This document shows, one piece after another, positions 38,156 through 48,375 of a stretch of 64,000 nucleotides of DNA (the first letter of the stretch is position 1; each line of letters starts with the position of its first letter). The position numbers and the translations under genes were made by a program. The notes under the pieces are model-generated. The model did not search any database. It was not told the origin of the DNA and saw only the letters and a program-made list of their open reading frames with translations. Source of the stretch: an uncultured Chloroflexia bacterium (lineage in GTDB: Bacteria > Chloroflexota > Limnocylindria > Limnocylindrales > CSP1-4); assembly GCA_963764785.1 (NCBI GenBank), contig CAVXTU010000001.1:1045754-1109753 (forward strand), read 5' to 3'.

Positions 38156-39283
38156 ATGCCCGAGTTCCAGCCGTTCGTGATGGAACGGATGATGTCCGAG
38201 TGGGAGAACCAGGTCGAGGTCAACCTGTCTGAGAGCGGCGTGCATCCGATGACACTGGGTGAGTTGCTCGCGATGGACGGCCGAGAGGCTGGCGACCTCG
38301 CGGATGTAGGCATGTTCTATCCGCAGGGCAATGGCACGGTCGAGCTGCGGGAGGCGATCGCATCGCTGTATCCCGGGGCGACCGCTGACGATGTGCTCGT
38401 GACCGTGGGAGCGGCTGAGGCCAACTACCTGGCCATCACCACGTTTCTGGAGCCCGGGGATGAGGTGGTCATCGTGCTGCCCAACTACATGCAGGTCTGG
38501 GGCGTGGCCAGGAACCGCGGCGCGACGGTGAAGGCCGTCCATCTCGATGTGGATCGGGACTGGGCGCTGGACACCGATGCGCTCGATGCGTCCGTTGGCG
38601 CGCAGACCAGGATGATCTGCGTCTGCAATCCCAACAATCCCACCGGTCGCATCATGAGCGACGCAGAGATGGGTGCAGTCGTAGCGGCGGCTGAGCGGTC
38701 AGGGGCCTGGCTATTGGCGGATGAGGTCTACCGCGGCGCGGAGCGGGTCCGAGACGCGGAGACGCCCTCGTTCTGGGGACGCGGTGACAAGGTCCTGGCG
38801 CAGGGGAGCATGAGCAAGGCCTACGGTCTGCCCGGATTGCGCGTGGGTTGGACCGTGGGACCGGCGGCCGCGGTCGCGGACATGTGGCGGCGCCACGAGT
38901 ACACCACCATCGCGACCACGATGCTTTCGAACCACCTCACCGCGACGGCGCTGTCGCCGAAGGTGCGGCCGCAGATCCTGGCCAGGACAAGACAGCGGCT
39001 AACGGGTGGTTACGGCCTCCTTGGGGAGTGGCTCAGCGAGCAGGACGGCGTATTCACGGGGACGGCCCCGGATGCATCGGCGATCGCGTTCCTGAAGTAC
39101 GACCTGCCCATCGGTTCCGTGCAGTGGATGGAGCAGCTTCGCGATCGGCGCAGCGTCCTCATCGTGCCCGGTGCCCATTTCGGCCTGGAGAACCACATCC
39201 GACTGAGTTTCGCAGTGCCCGAATCGGAGCTGGTGGACGGGCTGGATCGCATCCACGATTCGGTGCTCGAGCTGCGCCGGTGA
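38156..39283 (+). CDS. PLP-dependent aminotransferase, class I/II
   Basis: NLSESG, NPNNPTG, DEVY, SMSKAYGLPGLRVGW; AGGAG RBS. Confidence 0.93.
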   Translation: MPEFQPFVMERMMSEWENQVEVNLSESGVHPMTLGELLAMDGREAGDLADVGMFYPQGNGTVELREAIASLYPGATADDVLVTVGAAEANYLAITTFLEPGDEVVIVLPNYMQVWGVARNRGATVKAVHLDVDRDWALDTDALDASVGAQTRMICVCNPNNPTGRIMSDAEMGAVVAAAERSGAWLLADEVYRGAERVRDAETPSFWGRGDKVLAQGSMSKAYGLPGLRVGWTVGPAAAVADMWRRHEYTTIATTMLSNHLTATALSPKVRPQILARTRQRLTGGYGLLGEWLSEQDGVFTGTAPDASAIAFLKYDLPIGSVQWMEQLRDRRSVLIVPGAHFGLENHIRLSFAVPESELVDGLDRIHDSVLELRR

Positions 39284-40251
39284 TCGATGTCCTGGCCGAG
39301 GTGCGCGCCGCCGAGGCACGCATCCGCCCGCACGTGATGACCACGCCCGCCGTGCCCGCCGTCGGCCTTTCGGCCGAGCTCGGCGTGCCGGTCGTGCTGA
39401 AGTGCGAGAACCTGCAGCACACCGGGTCGTTCAAGGTTCGCGGGGCCCTGAGCAAGGTGCTGACACTCAGCGACGAAGAGATCCGCCGGGGCATCATCAC
39501 CGCATCGACGGGCAATCACGGCGTGGGTGTGGCGCATGCGGCAGCCGTCGTGGGTACGGAAGCCCTGGTCGTCGTCCCTGACGACGCCAACCCCAGCAAA
39601 CTCGCGGCCATCCAGCGGCTCGGGGCCAGCATCCAGGTCGTCGGCCAGGACAGCGTCGAGTCCGAAACGGGCGCGCGACAGCTGGCGGCCGAGCTGGGCC
39701 GGACCTATATCTCGCCCTACAACGACGCCGCGATCATCGGTGGACAGGGCACCATCGGCCTGGAGTTGCTGGACCAGGTGAAGCAGCTCGATGCGGTCTA
39801 TGTAGCCGTCGGCGGCGGCGGCCTGGCCTCGGGCGTCGCGGGCACCCTCAAGGCACTCTCGCCGGCGACGCGCGTCATCGGCTGCTCGCCTGAGGCGTCG
39901 GCAGTGATGTACCACTCGCTGCGGGCCGGCGAGATCCTCGACCTGCCCTCCGAACCTACGTTGAGTGATGGCACAGGGGGAGGCGTGGAGTCGGGCTCGA
40001 TCACGTTCGATCTGCTGGCTCGATACCTCGATGACTTCTTGACCGTGACCGAGGAGGATATCCGTCGTGCTTTTCTCGACCTCGTGGAGGTGGAGCACCT
40101 ACTTGTCGAGGGATCGGCTGCGATGGCATACGCAGCTGCACGCCAGCACGCCTCGGCAGGGCGGCAGGGGACCGTCGCGGTGATCCTGTGTGGAGGTAAT
40201 GTCGGCGTCGACCGGCTCAGGTACATCCTGGATCATGCGGGGCTCGACTGA
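39280..40251 (+). CDS. Threonine/serine dehydratase (no regulatory domain)
   Basis: KCENLQHTGSFKVRGA, ASTGNHG, VGGGGL, CGGN; GTGA overlap. Confidence 0.92.
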   Translation: MIDVLAEVRAAEARIRPHVMTTPAVPAVGLSAELGVPVVLKCENLQHTGSFKVRGALSKVLTLSDEEIRRGIITASTGNHGVGVAHAAAVVGTEALVVVPDDANPSKLAAIQRLGASIQVVGQDSVESETGARQLAAELGRTYISPYNDAAIIGGQGTIGLELLDQVKQLDAVYVAVGGGGLASGVAGTLKALSPATRVIGCSPEASAVMYHSLRAGEILDLPSEPTLSDGTGGGVESGSITFDLLARYLDDFLTVTEEDIRRAFLDLVEVEHLLVEGSAAMAYAAARQHASAGRQGTVAVILCGGNVGVDRLRYILDHAGLD

Positions 40252-40385
40252 GCCGACGCAGCGATGTGCTGTCGTCCGGACGTCCAGGCACGGACCACCC
40301 GAGGTGGCGGAGCACCCGTCGTTTCAGGCACGACCTGTCTCGATCAAGGGAGTACGGGCTCATGGGCCGCGTCTGCTCCGCCGGT

Positions 40386-41045
40386 TCAGGTACTGGGCAA
40401 ATGGGGTTGGCCGTCGCTATCCGCGGCGCGGTGGATCGTTTCCGTGCGGCGCATCGGGATGAGCAGGAAGGTGACGATCAGCAGGAATGCGACCAGCGCC
40501 AGGAACGGCATGCTGATGAAGCCGAACTCGCGGAACCAGTAGGCCGTACAGGGGATGCCCTCGACGCAGGCAACGGCGTCGAGTTCCGGATACCACTGGA
40601 TGACATTGTGGTACACGGAGATGGCTGCTCCGATCAGCGCCAGCGGGATGGCGTACCAGCGGACACCCACGTCGCGGCGATATGCGGCGATCAGCAGGAT
40701 CACGGTCAGCGGATACATCCCGATGCGTTGGTACCAGCACAGCAGGCAGGGCGGGAAATGGGCGACCTCCGAGAAGTACAGGCTTCCGCCCATCGCCAGC
40801 GCCGCCACGATGAAGGCTCCCACGATGGCGTATGGCGTGAGACGGAGGCGTACGTTCTCAAAGCTCTCAGCGATGCCGACAGAGAAGCGTGAAGCCACGA
40901 ACATCATCCCGAACCAGGCCAGGATCAGGATGCCGACCACGGCCAGGACGCCGTAGATGAAGCTGACCGTGTGACTGTCCACCAGATGCTGACCCCACTC
41001 CTGCCAAGCCGCTCGATCGTCGTGTGTGGCTGAATCATGCCCCAT
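40386..41045 (-). CDS. Disulfide bond formation protein, DsbB/BdbC family
   Basis: GSLYFSEV...PCLLCWYQRI.MYP, second Cys pair C..GIPC, FGFISMP; start uncertain. Confidence 0.9.
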   Translation of the reverse strand: MGHDSATHDDRAAWQEWGQHLVDSHTVSFIYGVLAVVGILILAWFGMMFVASRFSVGIAESFENVRLRLTPYAIVGAFIVAALAMGGSLYFSEVAHFPPCLLCWYQRIGMYPLTVILLIAAYRRDVGVRWYAIPLALIGAAISVYHNVIQWYPELDAVACVEGIPCTAYWFREFGFISMPFLALVAFLLIVTFLLIPMRRTETIHRAADSDGQPHLPST

Positions 41046-41133
41046 CGCGAGGCGATCTCGCACTCATCTTCCCGACCCATGGCCCGCGGCATCGGAAACG
41101 TCCGTCGGTCGAGTCAGTAGAGTTGGCACGGAA

Positions 41134-41868
41134 ATGACGTCTGATGTCAGTATCCGATCGAAGATGCGCGTCATGGCGATCGGAGCTCATCCCGACGACC
41201 TGGAGATCCTGTGTGGCGGCACGCTGGCCAGGTATGCCGCTGAGGGCCACACGGTCGTGATGTGCCACGTCGCTCTGGGTGATCGTGGCTCGTACGAACA
41301 CACCCGCGACGAGATCGCTGTCATCCGAGACGAGGAGGCCAGGTCGGCCGCAGCGATGATCGGCGCCCAGTACATCTCGCTGGGTATCCCCGACGGGGAA
41401 GTCAACGCATCTGACCCACGACAGCGGCAGTTGGTCGCGGAAGCTGTCCGTGTCGCGATGCCGGACGTCATCCTGGCGCACTCGCCCAACGACTACATGA
41501 CCGACCATGTCGAGACATCCCGGTTGGCGCTGGACTCCAGCTTCCTGGCGACCCTACCGCTCTTCGAGACCGGATCCGCCCATCACGACACGGTCGCGGC
41601 GGTCGCCTACATGGAGACGATGACCGGGAACGACTTCGTCCCGACCGAGTTCGTCGACATCTCCAGTCATATCAAGACGAAGCTGGCCATGCTTGGGCAG
41701 CACGTCAGCCAGCTGGAATGGCTGGCCGAGCACGATGGCGTCGACATGGTCGACCAGATCCGTACGGTGTCGCAATTTCGCGGCCTCCAGTGCGGTGTCA
41801 AGTACGCCGAGGGGTTCGTGCCGTGCAATGTCTGGCTCCGGGCCCGACCGGCACGGTTCCTGCCTTGA
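41134..41868 (+). CDS. PIG-L/LmbE family deacetylase
   Basis: AIGAHPDDLE..CGGT, R..EA, DYMTDH, FVDIS, HVSQ, YAEGF. Confidence 0.92.
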   Translation: MTSDVSIRSKMRVMAIGAHPDDLEILCGGTLARYAAEGHTVVMCHVALGDRGSYEHTRDEIAVIRDEEARSAAAMIGAQYISLGIPDGEVNASDPRQRQLVAEAVRVAMPDVILAHSPNDYMTDHVETSRLALDSSFLATLPLFETGSAHHDTVAAVAYMETMTGNDFVPTEFVDISSHIKTKLAMLGQHVSQLEWLAEHDGVDMVDQIRTVSQFRGLQCGVKYAEGFVPCNVWLRARPARFLP

Positions 41869-41878
41869 AGGGGGCTGC

Positions 41879-42799
41879 ATGAGCTCATTCACCTACGACC
41901 TGGCCCGGTTCATCGACTACCGTGACACGGCTGAGTTGGCCCGCGTGCGAGCGATCCCCCGCTCAGAGGTCACCCACCACGCCAACCCGGACTTCCGGAT
42001 CGCCGTTGAAGACGACCCGGACGCCTTCTACTCGGCGTTCGCCGTCGACATCGTCGGACGTATCGAGGCGAGCCGCGACGAAGGACGTCGTTGCGTGCTC
42101 ATCCTGCCGGTCGGTCCCGTGCCACAGTTCACCAAGGCTGTCGAGATCATCAATCGGCGTCGCCTCACGATGCACCACGTGCATACCTTCAACATGGATG
42201 AATACGCCGACGAGGATGGCAACACCGCTCCGACTTCCTGGGAGGGCTCATTCCAGCGCACCATGTTCGAGGTCTTCTTCGATCGCATCGACGCGGACCT
42301 GCGCCCGCCGCCCGCGCAGATCCACTTCCCGACCACCGCCAATATCAGGCACTACGGTGAGCAGATCGCCGAACTGGGCGGAGCCGATGTCTGCTACGGC
42401 GGCATCGGATGGTGTGGGCACATCGCCTTCTGGGAGTCCAGCCTGGGCCACGAGTTCGCCGGCGACCTGGAGGCCTACAAGCGCGCCAGCTCGCGCATCG
42501 TGGAACTCACGCCGATGACCATCCTGCAGAACGCCCTGCATTCGTTCGGCGGCGACTGGTCCGCGGTGCCGCCGAAGGCAGCCACCATCGGACCCGCTGA
42601 GATCCTGGGCGCCAGACATCGCAGCTTCTGGCTCGATGGCGAACTTGGCGGGGGTGTCTCGTGGCAGCGCTTCATCGCGCGACTCGTGGCCCACGGTCCG
42701 GTCAACGAGCTCGTCCCGGGATCGTTGCTGCAGACGGCACGGACCGACTACACCATGCTTGGGGGCGTCGCCGCCGACGTCGCCATCGACATGAAGTGA
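41879..42799 (+). CDS. Glucosamine-6-phosphate deaminase/isomerase-like (NagB fold)
   Basis: ILPVGP, TFNMDEY, GGIGWCGHIAFWE, VPPKAATIG. Confidence 0.8.
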   Translation: MSSFTYDLARFIDYRDTAELARVRAIPRSEVTHHANPDFRIAVEDDPDAFYSAFAVDIVGRIEASRDEGRRCVLILPVGPVPQFTKAVEIINRRRLTMHHVHTFNMDEYADEDGNTAPTSWEGSFQRTMFEVFFDRIDADLRPPPAQIHFPTTANIRHYGEQIAELGGADVCYGGIGWCGHIAFWESSLGHEFAGDLEAYKRASSRIVELTPMTILQNALHSFGGDWSAVPPKAATIGPAEILGARHRSFWLDGELGGGVSWQRFIARLVAHGPVNELVPGSLLQTARTDYTMLGGVAADVAIDMK

Positions 42800-43728
42800 C
42801 AGCCCGGATCACCTGCGCGGGAAGCGCAGTCTTCGACATCCTGGTCAAGTCATCTGGCGAGCTGCCCATCGGGGTCCTGGGCCTGGTCGACACGTTCTCC
42901 ACCGCCGAAGGTGGGCCGGCGCTTCGCACCGGCCGCGTGCTCGCTGGGATGGGTGTCGACACCAGGCTCATCATCCCGACCGGCCCGGACCTGTTTGGCC
43001 GTTCGTTCCGCGAGACCGTTCCTGCGCCGCACCTTGACGTGGCCTGGGTGGACTCGGAGCTGCCGACGTCGACTTCGATGGTGCTGGTCGACCGGGATGG
43101 CGAGCGCACGATGCTGCACAACATCGGCGCTGACGCGGCCATCACCGCGGATGCCATCGAAGCACGCATGGAGGGGTCCATCCTGCACGTGGGCGGCTCG
43201 CTCGTGCTCCCCGGCCTGGACGATCCCGAGGGTGCTCCGCTCGCGGGGCTCTTCGAACGGGCTCAGACCGCCGGCATCGTTACCAGTGTCGACGTGGTGC
43301 ACGACTCTACCGAGCGGTGGCACCGCGTGGTGCCGGCCCTCAGGCACACCGACCTGTTCATCCCCAGCCTCGTGGAGGCGCAGCGGATCACGGGCGTGCC
43401 AGATGCGGCCGGTGGCGCTGCGGCCATCCGCGAGCTGGGCGTCCGTTTCGTCATCGTCACCGACGGGCCACGCGGAGCGTGGGTCGATCACGACGAATTC
43501 GTGGGACATGTTCCCGCCCTCCGTGTCGACACCATCGATACGACTGGAGCCGGCGACGCGTTCAGTGGCGGTGTGCTGACCGGCATCATCCATGGGTTGG
43601 GACCGCACGACGCAGCGCGCCTAGGAGCAGCGACCGGGGCTCTCGCCACGACGACCATCGGAACGTTCGCCGGGCCTGATGATCCGGCCACAGCCTGGCG
43701 GATGGCTGGGCTCGAGCCCCCACGGTGA
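42796..43728 (+). CDS. PfkB/ribokinase-family carbohydrate kinase
   Basis: GG, PTSTSMVLVDRDGERT, VTDGPRG, DTTGAGDAFSGG. Confidence 0.93.
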   Translation: MTARITCAGSAVFDILVKSSGELPIGVLGLVDTFSTAEGGPALRTGRVLAGMGVDTRLIIPTGPDLFGRSFRETVPAPHLDVAWVDSELPTSTSMVLVDRDGERTMLHNIGADAAITADAIEARMEGSILHVGGSLVLPGLDDPEGAPLAGLFERAQTAGIVTSVDVVHDSTERWHRVVPALRHTDLFIPSLVEAQRITGVPDAAGGAAAIRELGVRFVIVTDGPRGAWVDHDEFVGHVPALRVDTIDTTGAGDAFSGGVLTGIIHGLGPHDAARLGAATGALATTTIGTFAGPDDPATAWRMAGLEPPR

Positions 43729-45002
43729 ATGCACCGCTGCCCGGCGATACCGGGTGGCCCACCCCCGCCGAGATGCGGGCGGCCGTCCTGGATGGGACGG
43801 GTGCCGACCGACTCGAGGTCCGGAGCATCCCGGTCCCTCGTCCGGCCCGGGGCCAGCTGCTCTGCCGCGTCGATGCTGCGGGCATCTGTACCTCGGTCAA
43901 CAAGCTGCTGGACCAGGGGGCCGATCATCCCCTCATGGCCGGCTGGGACCCGGCGCGATACCCGATCATCGTGGGCGACGAGGGTGCCGTCACGCTCATC
44001 GAGGCGGGCGACGGTCTGCGTGCCGAGTACCAGCCTGGCCAGCGCTTCTCGGTGCAACCAGCTGTGGACCATCCACCGATCGCGCATCGCGAGCGTTACG
44101 CCGACGCTGGACGTGGGGTAGCCAAGATCGCAGTGGGCTACTCGCTGCCTGGGTTGCTCGCCGAGTACGTCCTCATCGGCGAGGAGGTCCTGGCGGCGGG
44201 CTGCCTGGTGCCACTCCCGAGCGATAGCATCCCGGCCGCCCACGCCGCCATCGCAGAACCCCTCAGCTGCATCATCTCGTCGCACGCGCATCACCTGCAC
44301 CTGAGGCAGCCCGACCGCACCGCGGCCCGCGCGGCCATCAACGGTCTCCTGCCGGGCGGGGTGGTGGTGGTCATCGGGGCCGGGCCGATGGGACGCATGC
44401 ACGTTGATCTGGCCATCTTCGCAGGACCTCGAGCCATCATCGCCAGCGCGCGTCGAGATGAGCGGTTGAAGTGGTTGCACGACACGTTCGGAGATCGGGC
44501 CGCCGCGGGTGGTATCGAGCTGCTGACCGTCAATGCCTTGGAAGAGGACCTCGCAGCCGCCGTGGAACGAGTGACCGAGGGGCGGGGTGCCGACGACGTC
44601 ATCGTCACGGTCGCCGACGGGCACGTCATCGAGTCGGCACAGCACCTGTTGGCCCGCAATGGCGTGCTTGACCTCTTCGCCGGGCTGCCTGCCGGGTCGG
44701 AGCTCATCGCGATCGACGAACGGTTCGTGCACTACCAGGAGGTCAACATCACCGGTTCGTCGGGCGGCGGGCCGTGGGACATCATCGAGACATTGCGGCT
44801 GATGGCGACTGCCCAGATCGACCCGGCTGCGCATATCGCTCACGTGGGCGATCTCGAGCACGCGCCGGAGCTGCTGCGAATGGCTCGCGAGGGTAGAGTG
44901 CAGGGCAAGGCCATCGTCTACCCACATCGACGGACACCGTCCATCAGCACGGTGCCGTGCTGGGCTTCCGACGATGAACGCCGCTACCTGGCGGGGGCCT
45001 GA
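43725..45002 (+). CDS. Zn-dependent MDR dehydrogenase (SorE/sorbose-phosphate reductase-like)
   Basis: GICTS, GDEG, QPA, GYSLPG..AEY, AEPLSC, GAGPMG, HYQEVNITGSSGG. Confidence 0.85.
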   Translation: MNAPLPGDTGWPTPAEMRAAVLDGTGADRLEVRSIPVPRPARGQLLCRVDAAGICTSVNKLLDQGADHPLMAGWDPARYPIIVGDEGAVTLIEAGDGLRAEYQPGQRFSVQPAVDHPPIAHRERYADAGRGVAKIAVGYSLPGLLAEYVLIGEEVLAAGCLVPLPSDSIPAAHAAIAEPLSCIISSHAHHLHLRQPDRTAARAAINGLLPGGVVVVIGAGPMGRMHVDLAIFAGPRAIIASARRDERLKWLHDTFGDRAAAGGIELLTVNALEEDLAAAVERVTEGRGADDVIVTVADGHVIESAQHLLARNGVLDLFAGLPAGSELIAIDERFVHYQEVNITGSSGGGPWDIIETLRLMATAQIDPAAHIAHVGDLEHAPELLRMAREGRVQGKAIVYPHRRTPSISTVPCWASDDERRYLAGA

Positions 45003-45005
45003 GGC

Positions 45006-46286
45006 GTGGCGTTCGTCGGGGAGCGCCGCTTCGTGGGCCTGGGATTCGGGGCGATCCAAGCGGGCCTCTTTGCCTATGAGGCTCAGCAGACCGGTGACTA
45101 TGCACCCCCGCTGGTGGTGGATGTACGGCCCCACCTCGTCGAAGGCGTGCGCGCGGATGGAGGGCGCGTCCGCGTCAATATCGCGCGCACAGACCGCGTC
45201 GATGTGGCTGAGATCGGGCAACTCCGTGTCGCTGATTCATCGATCGCAGACGAGCAGGTCGAGATCATCGAGGCAGTCTCGGATGCCGACGAGCTCGCCA
45301 CAGCACTTCCCAGCGTGGCGTTCTATCGCTCGGACCTGGCCAACAGCCCTCATCGGTTGCTCGCTGAAGGTCTGCGTCGTCGGACCCGCGAAACGCCGTT
45401 GATCGTCTACTGCGCCGAAAACCGTCGCAACGCGGCGGTGCTGCTCGAGCAGGCCGTGCTGGCGGCCCTGGAACAGGGCGAGCGAGAGCAGCTGCGCGAC
45501 AAGGCTCGCTTCGCCGATACGGTCATCGGCAAGATGAGCGGTGTCATCAGCGACGCCGGCGAGATCCGGTCGAGGGGGCTGGCCACCATCTGTTCAAGCC
45601 TGCCGTCGGCGATCCTGGTCGAGGAGTTCGACCGTATCCTCGTCTCCCAGGTCGATCCGGGTGGAGGGCTCCACCCGGGTATGCTGGCCCTGCGTGAGGT
45701 GGATGATCTGGGCCCATTCGAGGACGCCAAGCTGCTGGGTCACAACGCCACGCACGCACTGGGAGCATTCCTGGGAGGACTGCTGGGTCGACCTCGCTAC
45801 GCTGACCTGCGGGACGTGCCCGGCATGATGGGATTCCTCCGCACGGCATTCATCGAGGAATCAGGACGGGCCCTGATGGCCCGCTACGCCGGCATCGACC
45901 CGCTGTTCACGCCCGGCGGCTACGCGGCATTCGCGGACGACCTTCTGACGCGCATGGTCAACCCCTACCTCGGCGACACCACCGAACGCGCGGCCCGTGA
46001 TCCGCAGCGCAAGCTCGGATGGGACGACCGGATGATCGGTCTCATCCGACTGGGCCTGGCCCATGACGTCCCCACCTCGCGCTATGCCATGGGTGTCGCC
46101 GCCGGTCTGGACATGCTGAGGAGACATGGCGCATCAGGCGACGATCGGGAGTTGCTCACCGGCTTGTGGCCCGACGACGTTGACGGCAGCGAGGTCGCTG
46201 ACGTGCTCGCGGTGGTCCGTGCGGGTCGTGCCTGGCTGGAGTGCTGGAAGCATGATGGCTTCGAGCGTCTCACCGGCGATGTCTGA
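45006..46286 (+). CDS. Mannitol-1-phosphate 5-dehydrogenase-like (long-chain polyol dehydrogenase)
   Basis: GFGAIQAG, CAEN, DTVIGKM, KLLGHNATHA, RMVNPYL.D..ER..RDP.RKL..DDR. Confidence 0.8.
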   Translation: MAFVGERRFVGLGFGAIQAGLFAYEAQQTGDYAPPLVVDVRPHLVEGVRADGGRVRVNIARTDRVDVAEIGQLRVADSSIADEQVEIIEAVSDADELATALPSVAFYRSDLANSPHRLLAEGLRRRTRETPLIVYCAENRRNAAVLLEQAVLAALEQGEREQLRDKARFADTVIGKMSGVISDAGEIRSRGLATICSSLPSAILVEEFDRILVSQVDPGGGLHPGMLALREVDDLGPFEDAKLLGHNATHALGAFLGGLLGRPRYADLRDVPGMMGFLRTAFIEESGRALMARYAGIDPLFTPGGYAAFADDLLTRMVNPYLGDTTERAARDPQRKLGWDDRMIGLIRLGLAHDVPTSRYAMGVAAGLDMLRRHGASGDDRELLTGLWPDDVDGSEVADVLAVVRAGRAWLECWKHDGFERLTGDV

Positions 46287-46986
46287 CCGGCCGAGCGATG
46301 TCATCGCCGTGATCCCTGCCTACCAGGCGGCCGTTCGTCTGGGTGATGTCATTCGGGAGACTGTTCGATACCTCGAGGTGGTGGTCGTTGACGACGGGTC
46401 CAGCGACGGCACCGCGCAGGTGGCCAGCCTGGCCGGCGCCCAGGTGTTGAGGCAGGAACCAAACCAGGGCAAGGGCGCCGCGTTACGCCGCGGGATGGCC
46501 CACGCCATCGAATCGGGAGCTGAGGCTGTAGTCACGCTCGATGCGGACGGCCAGCATGACCCGGCCTGCATCCCGGCATTCCTGGAGACCTGGCGTTCGT
46601 CAGGAGTCTCGCTGGTCATCGGCCGACGCGATTTCGGCCGGATGCCCGCCAGTCGACGCCTCGCCAATGAGCTGGGCACTCGGGTGTTCTCGTGGGCGGT
46701 CGGACGCCATATCCACGACAACCAATCGGGGTACCGCCTCGTGGCGCGCCCGCTGCTGCCGCACCTGCTGGGATCTTCCGAAGCCGGCTTCGAGTTCGAG
46801 GTCGAGATGATCACCGACGCCATCCGCGCGGGTCTGCTCATCGACTGGGTATCGATCCCCACCATCTACGATGACGCCGGGAGCCACATCCGACCGTTCG
46901 CGCACGTTTCCAATTTCCTTCGAGTTGCATGGAAGGCGCACCGATCTGTCGGCACGCGCCTCGAGTTGCGTGGGGAAGAGGCGTAG
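46279..46986 (+). CDS. Glycosyltransferase family 2 (Dpm1-like)
   Basis: IPAY, VVDDGSSDGT, NQGKGAA, LDADGQH, DNQSGYR. Confidence 0.93.
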   Translation: MSDRPSDVIAVIPAYQAAVRLGDVIRETVRYLEVVVVDDGSSDGTAQVASLAGAQVLRQEPNQGKGAALRRGMAHAIESGAEAVVTLDADGQHDPACIPAFLETWRSSGVSLVIGRRDFGRMPASRRLANELGTRVFSWAVGRHIHDNQSGYRLVARPLLPHLLGSSEAGFEFEVEMITDAIRAGLLIDWVSIPTIYDDAGSHIRPFAHVSNFLRVAWKAHRSVGTRLELRGEEA

Positions 46987-47110
46987 ACGGCACATCTGTC
47001 CTTGGGCTTCATACTGCAAGCTGCGCCCGGTACTCGGTCATGAGTCGTAGCGGCGCACGACCCGCGGGAGACCCCTATTGGAAGTGACCTCCGACGTTCG
47101 CGCCCGGGGT

Positions 47111-48364
47111 ATGGGCAAGCGCGAATTCATCATCCTGATCTCGGCGTTGATGGCCTTGACCGCGATGGCGGTCGACATGATGCTGCCCGCTTTCGGCGAG
47201 ATGCGCTCGACGTTCGGCCTCGCCCCGGATTCGACCACGGTCGCTCTCGTGGTCACGGTCTTTCTCATGGGCTTCGGACTGGGCCAGCCGGTTTGGGGTC
47301 CGCTTTCGGACGCCCTCGGACGCAAGCGCATCCTGTGGCTGGGCCTGCTCGTCTACATCATGGGCGCGGTCGGAGCGGCATTCGCACCATCGCTCGCGTG
47401 GCTGCTACTCCTGCGTTTCGTAGGTGGCCTCGGAGCAGCCGGCGTGCGCGTGGTCACGCAGGGTGTCATCCGGGATCGCTACCAGGGTGAGCAGATGGCC
47501 AAGGTGCTCTCGTACATCATGGCCGTGTTCCTGCTGGTCCCGATGGTCGCGCCGTCGATCGGCACGGGCATCCTGGCCATCGCGGATTGGCGCTGGATCT
47601 TCGGGTTCTACGTGGTGGCGGCCCTGCTGGCCGGGGCATGGTCGACCCGCCTGCCCGAAACGCTGCCACCAGACCGGCGCATCGCCCTGAACCTGTCGCG
47701 CCTGGTCGCCGCCACCAGGGTCGTGTTGACCAGTCGGTTCGCGATGGGGTTCACCATCGCGCAGATGGCCGTCTTCGGCTGGTTCGCTGCCTACCTGGCT
47801 TCCACCGAGTTGATCGTCGACGATGTCTTTGACCTAGGTGCCTGGTTCCCGGTCATCTTCGGGGGTGCGGCGGTGGTGCTGGGTGGGGCCATGCTGCTCA
47901 ACCCGCGTCTCATCGATCGTTTCGGATTTCGACGCATGATCAGGCTCGCGCTCACGGGCTATCTGGCGGCGGCGCTGCTCTTCGCGACCATCGCGATCGC
48001 TTCGGGTGGCCACCCACCGTTCTGGCTGTATCTGGTCGGCGTTCTTCCCATCCTGGTAGCTCACTCCTTCGTGATGCCCAACCTCAACTCCGCGGCGATG
48101 ATGCCCATGGGCCGGGTGGCCGGTACTGCGGCGGCCGCCATCGGTGCCATCTCCACGCTTGGCGGAGCCGCGATCGGCGCACTCATCGACGGCGCCTACG
48201 ATGGTTCGGTCACCCCGTTCGCGCTTGCTGGCGTCACCGTCTGCGTCGTGGCCTTCGTGTTCTATCGCTGGGCCGACGCCCGCTGGGATGTGGATGCCGA
48301 CCGAGAGCTGTCGTCCGATGGTCGGCCTCTGCACGCGGCTGCAGTGGCCGGGGAGATCGGCTGA
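47111..48364 (+). CDS. Bcr/CflA-family MFS efflux transporter
   Basis: VDMMLPAF, GPLSDALGRKR, IRDRYQG, LPETL; start 47078 or 47111. Confidence 0.92.
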   Translation: MGKREFIILISALMALTAMAVDMMLPAFGEMRSTFGLAPDSTTVALVVTVFLMGFGLGQPVWGPLSDALGRKRILWLGLLVYIMGAVGAAFAPSLAWLLLLRFVGGLGAAGVRVVTQGVIRDRYQGEQMAKVLSYIMAVFLLVPMVAPSIGTGILAIADWRWIFGFYVVAALLAGAWSTRLPETLPPDRRIALNLSRLVAATRVVLTSRFAMGFTIAQMAVFGWFAAYLASTELIVDDVFDLGAWFPVIFGGAAVVLGGAMLLNPRLIDRFGFRRMIRLALTGYLAAALLFATIAIASGGHPPFWLYLVGVLPILVAHSFVMPNLNSAAMMPMGRVAGTAAAAIGAISTLGGAAIGALIDGAYDGSVTPFALAGVTVCVVAFVFYRWADARWDVDADRELSSDGRPLHAAAVAGEIG

Positions 48365-48375
48365 TCGTCCAGCGG

